A stretch of 63,516 nucleotides of DNA, counting the filler. It is 7 parts of 7 records of this genome, joined end to end, with 100 filler letters (N's around TTAATTAATTAA, not from the genome) between each part and the next. Parts side by side here need not be neighbours in the genome. Positions count along the whole stretch, not along the records: positions 58,457 to 63,516 come from DRR723986_9589; 6 more parts are not named here. One strand, written 5' to 3'. The number at the start of each line of letters is the position of its first letter. The stretch's first letter is position 1. The notes under the pieces were generated by a model. That model was not told the origin of the DNA. It saw only the letters and a list, made by a program, of their open reading frames with translations, and ran no database searches. Both the position numbers and the translations under genes were made by a program. Shown here piece after piece: positions 58,979 through 63,516 of this stretch.

Positions 58979-59677
58979 ATGAATGAGTCGGAAACCACGG
59001 ATATTCGGGCTTTGCCGATCTTTGCCGAGATGGCCGACGAGAATTTTGAATCGCTCATGCGCGGTTCCTACGTCCAGAATTTCCCGCCCCAGATCGAGCT
59101 GATCTCTGAAGGCGAGCCAAGCGATTTTCTGCATGTGATCATCTCTGGCGCGGTCGAATTGTTTGCCAGCTGGAACGACCGCGAATCCACGATGGCCATT
59201 GTTCGGCCGGTTTCGACCTTCATCCTGGCCGCAACGATCAAAGATGCGCCTTACCTGATGTCGGCCCGCACATTGGAGAAAAGCCGCATCGTCTTGCTGC
59301 CCTCCACCGACGTGCGGCAGATCTACGATATCGACAACGGATTTTCGCGGGCCTTGGTGACGGAGCTTGCACAATGTTACCGCGGTGTCGTCAAGAACAG
59401 CAAAGACCTCAAACTGCGCACCTCGATTGAGCGGTTGGCAAATTACCTGCTCAAACAGCACAGCCGCGCCAACGGAAATGGTGCTTTTGAGCTGAACATC
59501 GAGAAGCGCAAAATTGCCTCACAAATGGGGATGACGCCTGAAAACCTGTCTCGTGCCATCAAAGCGCTGAAGCCCTATGGCGTAACGGTGACCGGGACCA
59601 ACGTGCATATCGCCGATGCCGATGATCTGGCCTCGCTGGCCAAACCTGATCCGTTGATCGATGATCCGCTGAGTTAA
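58979..59677 (+). CDS. Crp/Fnr-family regulator (NarR/FtrB-like; no N-terminal Cys cluster)
   Basis: cNMP-like domain, ERLANYLL, IASQMGMTPENLSRA HTH; divergent from narK. Confidence 0.88.
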   Translation: MNESETTDIRALPIFAEMADENFESLMRGSYVQNFPPQIELISEGEPSDFLHVIISGAVELFASWNDRESTMAIVRPVSTFILAATIKDAPYLMSARTLEKSRIVLLPSTDVRQIYDIDNGFSRALVTELAQCYRGVVKNSKDLKLRTSIERLANYLLKQHSRANGNGAFELNIEKRKIASQMGMTPENLSRAIKALKPYGVTVTGTNVHIADADDLASLAKPDPLIDDPLS

Positions 59678-59761
59678 ACCGCCGTCTTTTGACAGAATTG
59701 CAAAGCCCCCTTCAAAACCCTAATGTCGAGCTGTGGCACATTCCTTATTTCATAAGCTCCT

Positions 59762-61720
59762 TTGAAGTCCGTCCGTCTGCGCCTTTTGACGCTGGCTTTG
59801 CTGCCGATGGTCGTGCTGATGCCGCTTATGTTGTTGTTGGGCATGAACCGTTGGACGTCGGAATATGACAACATCCTGATTGCCAATGTAGCCAGCGACC
59901 TGCGCATTGCAGAACAATATCTAGGCCGGATCTTGGACGGCACCGGCACCAATATGACCGGGATCACCGAATCCGCTGAGTTTCTGGCAGAGCTGGATCA
60001 AAACCCAACCCAACTGGCCGCGTTTCTGGGGGCCAAACAACGCGCACACCAACTCGATTTCCTTTACTACCTTCCACCGGATCAAATCGCCGGACCGGCG
60101 CACCAGTGGCCTGTGATCGCATCAGCCAAACGGGGCCGTCCTGCCACCGCGATTGATATATTCTCAGCTACGGACCTAAGCGCCCTGCCCGGCGATCTGG
60201 CCACCCGTGCGCGCGTGCCGCTGATTGAAACCCAAGCCGCCGTGCCCACCACCCGCACGGTTGAGGACCGCGGCATGGTTGTTCACACCGCAAGCCCCGT
60301 GGGCCAAGGCGGCAATCGCGGTGTTCTGGTGGGCGGCATCCTGTTGAACCGCAATCTGGGTTTCATCGATACAATCAACGCATTGGTCTACCTCAATGCC
60401 GCCACCGGAGGCGACCGGCAAGGCACGGCAACCCTGTTTCTGGAGGACGTCCGGGTTTCAACCAACGTGCGCCTTTTTGAAGATGTCCGCGCTTTGGGCA
60501 CGCGGGTCTCTGCCGTGGTGCGGGGCAAAGTGCTGGATGATGGCAAGACATGGCTCGACCGCGCCTTTGTGGTAAATGACTGGTATATTTCCGGCTATCT
60601 GCCGATCTCCGACAGCTTTGGCGAACGGGTTGGCATGCTTTATGTCGGATTTCTTGAGGCGCCTTTTGTCGCCGCGAAACAGCAGGCCTATCTGGTGCTT
60701 TTTATCGCCTTTCTGCTGCTGCTTGCGGTTTCAATCCCGTTTTTCCTGCGCATGGCCAAGGGCATCTTTTCGCCGCTCGAACGCATGATCCAGACCATGA
60801 CCCGTGTGGAAAAGGGCGATCTCAATGCCCGCAATGGCGATGTGGGATCAAACGATGAGATTGGCCTCGTCGCCAGCCACCTCGATACCCTGCTCGATCA
60901 GGTGCAAGAGCGTGACCAAGCATTGCGGTCCTGGGCGGATGAACTGAATGAACGGGTCGAGGATCGCACGGCGGAATTGAAAGAAGCCAACTACAAGCTG
61001 GAGGAAACCTTCAAACAACTGGTGATGTCGGAAAAGCTGGCCTCGATTGGCGAGATCACCGCAGGTGTCGCCCATGAGATCAACAATCCCGTGGCGGTGA
61101 TCCAGGGCAATGTCGATGTGATCCGCCAAACCCTCGACACCCGCGCCGAAGAGGTCGCAACCGAACTGTCCCTGATCGACCGGCAGGTGCAGCGGATCGG
61201 GGCCATCGTTGGCAAGCTGTTGCAGTTTGCCCGCCCCAGTGAGTTCAGCAGCTCTGAAGAAACCGTGGACATTGGCCGCGTCACCGAAGACAGTCTTGTC
61301 TTGATTGGTCACACGCTCTCGAACACGCAGATCACCGTTGAAACAGACCTTGCGCCCGCCCCTCCCGTCCGTATTGACGAGGGTGAGTTGCAACAGGTGA
61401 TCGTGAACCTTCTGGTCAATGCCGTGCAAGCCATGGAACAAGATGGCAGGCTGACGGTCTCCCTGTTTCCCGAAGAATTTGAAGCCAAGGCGGGCACATG
61501 CCTGCAAATTGCAGACACTGGTCCGGGCATCCCGGATGAGAATCTCAACACGCTCTTTGATCCGTTTTTCACCACCAAATTGGCAGAAGGCACCGGGCTG
61601 GGCCTGTCGATCAGCCAGACATTGATCCAGCGCGCGGGCGGGTTGATCCGGGTGCGCAACAGGCGCAAGCGCGGTGCGGCCTTTTCGATCTGGCTGCCCG
61701 AAGCCCCCGACGGTGTTTAA
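59762..61720 (+). CDS. Sensor histidine kinase (periplasmic Cache-like domain, HAMP, HisKA, HATPase)
   Basis: Two TM helices; RVSTNV and RAFVVNDWYISGY; AGVAHEINNP, NLLVNA, DTGPGI, FDPFFTTK, GTGLGL. Confidence 0.93.
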   Translation: MKSVRLRLLTLALLPMVVLMPLMLLLGMNRWTSEYDNILIANVASDLRIAEQYLGRILDGTGTNMTGITESAEFLAELDQNPTQLAAFLGAKQRAHQLDFLYYLPPDQIAGPAHQWPVIASAKRGRPATAIDIFSATDLSALPGDLATRARVPLIETQAAVPTTRTVEDRGMVVHTASPVGQGGNRGVLVGGILLNRNLGFIDTINALVYLNAATGGDRQGTATLFLEDVRVSTNVRLFEDVRALGTRVSAVVRGKVLDDGKTWLDRAFVVNDWYISGYLPISDSFGERVGMLYVGFLEAPFVAAKQQAYLVLFIAFLLLLAVSIPFFLRMAKGIFSPLERMIQTMTRVEKGDLNARNGDVGSNDEIGLVASHLDTLLDQVQERDQALRSWADELNERVEDRTAELKEANYKLEETFKQLVMSEKLASIGEITAGVAHEINNPVAVIQGNVDVIRQTLDTRAEEVATELSLIDRQVQRIGAIVGKLLQFARPSEFSSSEETVDIGRVTEDSLVLIGHTLSNTQITVETDLAPAPPVRIDEGELQQVIVNLLVNAVQAMEQDGRLTVSLFPEEFEAKAGTCLQIADTGPGIPDENLNTLFDPFFTTKLAEGTGLGLSISQTLIQRAGGLIRVRNRRKRGAAFSIWLPEAPDGV

Positions 61721-61723
61721 CCG

Positions 61724-63070
61724 TCAGACGCCCCAAGCCGCACATTTGCGATCTACGGTCTTACGCGAAACGCCCAGCCGCCGCGCGGCCTCTGCACGGT
61801 TGCCCTCGCATTCATCCAGTATGTGCATGATGTGGCGCTGCATCACCAGATCAAGCGATTCAATCGCGCGGGTGCCGGTGATCTGCCCGCCCCCGGCGAA
61901 CTTGTCAGGAAAAGTGCCGAGGATCACCGAGCGTTCGATCAGGTTGCGCAATTCCCGTACGTTTCCGGGCCAATCATAGCGGGCAAATTTCAGCAGCGTT
62001 TCTTCGTCCAGCTCAATCGCCGGCAGACCCAACGTCTTGGAAAATTGCCTCAGGAACAGCGCCGCAAGCTCCGAAATATCCCCCGCGCGGTCACGCAAGG
62101 GCGGCATCTCGACCTTCATCACGTTGATACGGTGATAGAGATCGGCGCGGAACCGCCCTTCGGCGACGGCCTGATCCAGATCGGCGTTGGTTGCGAACAA
62201 AAACCGCAAGTTCAGCGGGATCTCCCGCTCTGCCCCGACAGGGCGAATGCGCTGTTCCTCCAGCACCCGCAACAGGGCGGCCTGCACCTGTTCGGGCATT
62301 TGCACAACCTCATCAAGGAACAGCGTCCCGCCCTCGGCATGCAGGAACAGCCCATCACTGCGGCGGTCCTGATTGTCCACAAGACCAAACAGTTCCTGCG
62401 CAATCCGGTCAGGAGAGATCACCGCGCAATTCACCGCAACAAAGGGCTTGCCAGCCCTGTCTGACAGGGAATGCAGGGTCCGCGCAGCCACTTCTTTGCC
62501 GGTGCCGGTGGCGCCCGTGAACAAAACGGAGGTTGGCAAGGGCGCAAGCCGTTCCAGAATATCGCGCACTTCGCTGATCGCGGCAGAATTGCCCAAAAGC
62601 CGCCCTCGCGCATGGCTGCCTTCGCCCGCAAGCTCGTGTTTGAGCAGGAAATTCTCGCGGCGCAGGTTCTGCCGGTCCAGCGCCCGAGCCGCAGCATTCA
62701 GGATCTGGTTGGCGCGAAACGGCTTGAGCACAAAGTCTGCAACACCTGTCCGTACCGCTTTGATCGCGGTTTCCAAATCCGCATAGGCGGTGATCAGAAT
62801 GGTATCGGAAAACAGCCCCACATTGCGCTGCTCGCGCACCCAGTCCAGCCCGGTTTTACCCGGCATGATGTTATCGAGGATCACCAGATCGAAAAAACTG
62901 CGATCCAATAGCGCGGTTGCTTCGGCGGTCGAAGCCGCTTGTTCCACCCGCTTGCACCGCGGCTTGAGGATCTTCATCAGAAAGTTGCGCATGCCCGGTT
63001 CGTCGTCGATCACGAGGATCGAGGCATGGGCAAGGCTTTCGCCGTATTCGTCGGTGTCGGCAGATTTCAT
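61724..63070 (-). CDS. NtrC-family response regulator (REC-AAA+-Fis HTH) lacking GAFTGA
   Basis: VIDDE, ILDNIMP, KPF, GATGTGKE, LFLDEV, FRADLYHR, WPGNVRELRN. Start MKSADT at 63070; the ORF-track extension to 63247 overlaps other genes. Confidence 0.92.
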   Translation of the reverse strand: MKSADTDEYGESLAHASILVIDDEPGMRNFLMKILKPRCKRVEQAASTAEATALLDRSFFDLVILDNIMPGKTGLDWVREQRNVGLFSDTILITAYADLETAIKAVRTGVADFVLKPFRANQILNAAARALDRQNLRRENFLLKHELAGEGSHARGRLLGNSAAISEVRDILERLAPLPTSVLFTGATGTGKEVAARTLHSLSDRAGKPFVAVNCAVISPDRIAQELFGLVDNQDRRSDGLFLHAEGGTLFLDEVVQMPEQVQAALLRVLEEQRIRPVGAEREIPLNLRFLFATNADLDQAVAEGRFRADLYHRINVMKVEMPPLRDRAGDISELAALFLRQFSKTLGLPAIELDEETLLKFARYDWPGNVRELRNLIERSVILGTFPDKFAGGGQITGTRAIESLDLVMQRHIMHILDECEGNRAEAARRLGVSRKTVDRKCAAWGV

Positions 63071-63204
63071 TGGCTTTCTTTGCCCAACCTGACCGATGCG
63101 CCCGCATTGACCTCTTCGGACGAAAACCCGGCCCTTTCCAAGCCGAAGCTGGCAACAACCGCGATCACAATGATTGCGGCGAAACTGGTGAACATCGCTT
63201 TCAT
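63067..63204 (-). CDS. 45-aa single-TM small protein
   Basis: MKAMFTSFAAIIVIAVVASFGLERAGFSSEEVNAGASVRLGKESQ; GAGGAG RBS; ATGA overlaps with both neighbours; below the ORF-track cutoff. Confidence 0.7.
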   Translation of the reverse strand: MKAMFTSFAAIIVIAVVASFGLERAGFSSEEVNAGASVRLGKESQ

Positions 63205-63516
63205 GGCTTTGTCTCCTCTTTTTGGGAATAGGTCTTGAGAAACTCAATCAAATCCCGCCGGTCCTGCGGCGCGGCGATGACCTGCATCGGCATTTTCGAT
63301 CCCGGAATATAGTGATCAGGCCCCAGATCGAACAATTGGTCAATTGTCGCGTCCGACCAGATGATATCCGATCCGGCCAGAGTTGGCGAATAAGGGTAAT
63401 CCGGTACGCGGCCGGCATTGCGGCCAAAGACCCCGTGCAACGTTGGCCCGGCCTTGCGCGAGGCTCCCGCCTCAAGCGCGTGGCAAATCGAACATTTGCG
63501 CATGAATTGCCGCTCG
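63201..63516 (-). CDS. c-type cytochrome domain (C-terminal part of a longer protein)
   Basis: ERQFMRKCSICH (CxxCH), AGPTLHG, YIPGSKMP (Met ligand); runs off window end. Confidence 0.88.
   Translation of the reverse strand, partial: ERQFMRKCSICHALEAGASRKAGPTLHGVFGRNAGRVPDYPYSPTLAGSDIIWSDATIDQLFDLGPDHYIPGSKMPMQVIAAPQDRRDLIEFLKTYSQKEETKP

Overview
The window is a concatenation of seven separate contig fragments. They are joined by 100-nt N spacers carrying a TTAATTAATTAA all-frame-stop linker, so adjacency across spacers is not biological. Gene content suggests several different bacteria, mostly Alphaproteobacteria plus one probable Bacteroidota/FCB-type fragment. (1) 1-8413: imuA-imuB-dnaE2 mutagenesis cassette, DoxX, an AraC regulator, two tandem secreted amidohydrolases (one with an in-frame deletion of its metal site) and a tRNA 3' end. 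(2) 8514-27413: housekeeping block (tRNA-Lys half, TAXI receptor, ccdA, SPOR protein, glmU-glmS, recG, sdhE-mfd, pcm, ftsB, pdhA-pdhB). (3) 27514-34998: highly reducing type I PKS ending in a degenerate condensation-like domain, then a stand-alone condensation-domain protein and a sulfotransferase. This is the best candidate for an undescribed (sulfated lipid) pathway. (4) 35099-45708: a ~3100-aa surface protein with four Ig + FG-GAP propeller modules, a fifth SPDG propeller and a T9SS-like C-terminus, followed by an IS3-like end. (5) 45809-52758: hrcA, rph, rdgB, hemW, parB-parA-rsmG-mnmG with a parS site. (6) 52859-58356: a PLP-lyase/M24/isomerase trio, rpsT and dnaA. (7) 58457-63516: narK, two FNR-type boxes, a Crp/Fnr regulator, a convergent histidine kinase and GAFTGA-less NtrC-type regulator, a 45-aa membrane peptide and a cytochrome c. 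All calls come from reading motifs by eye; no database searches were run.
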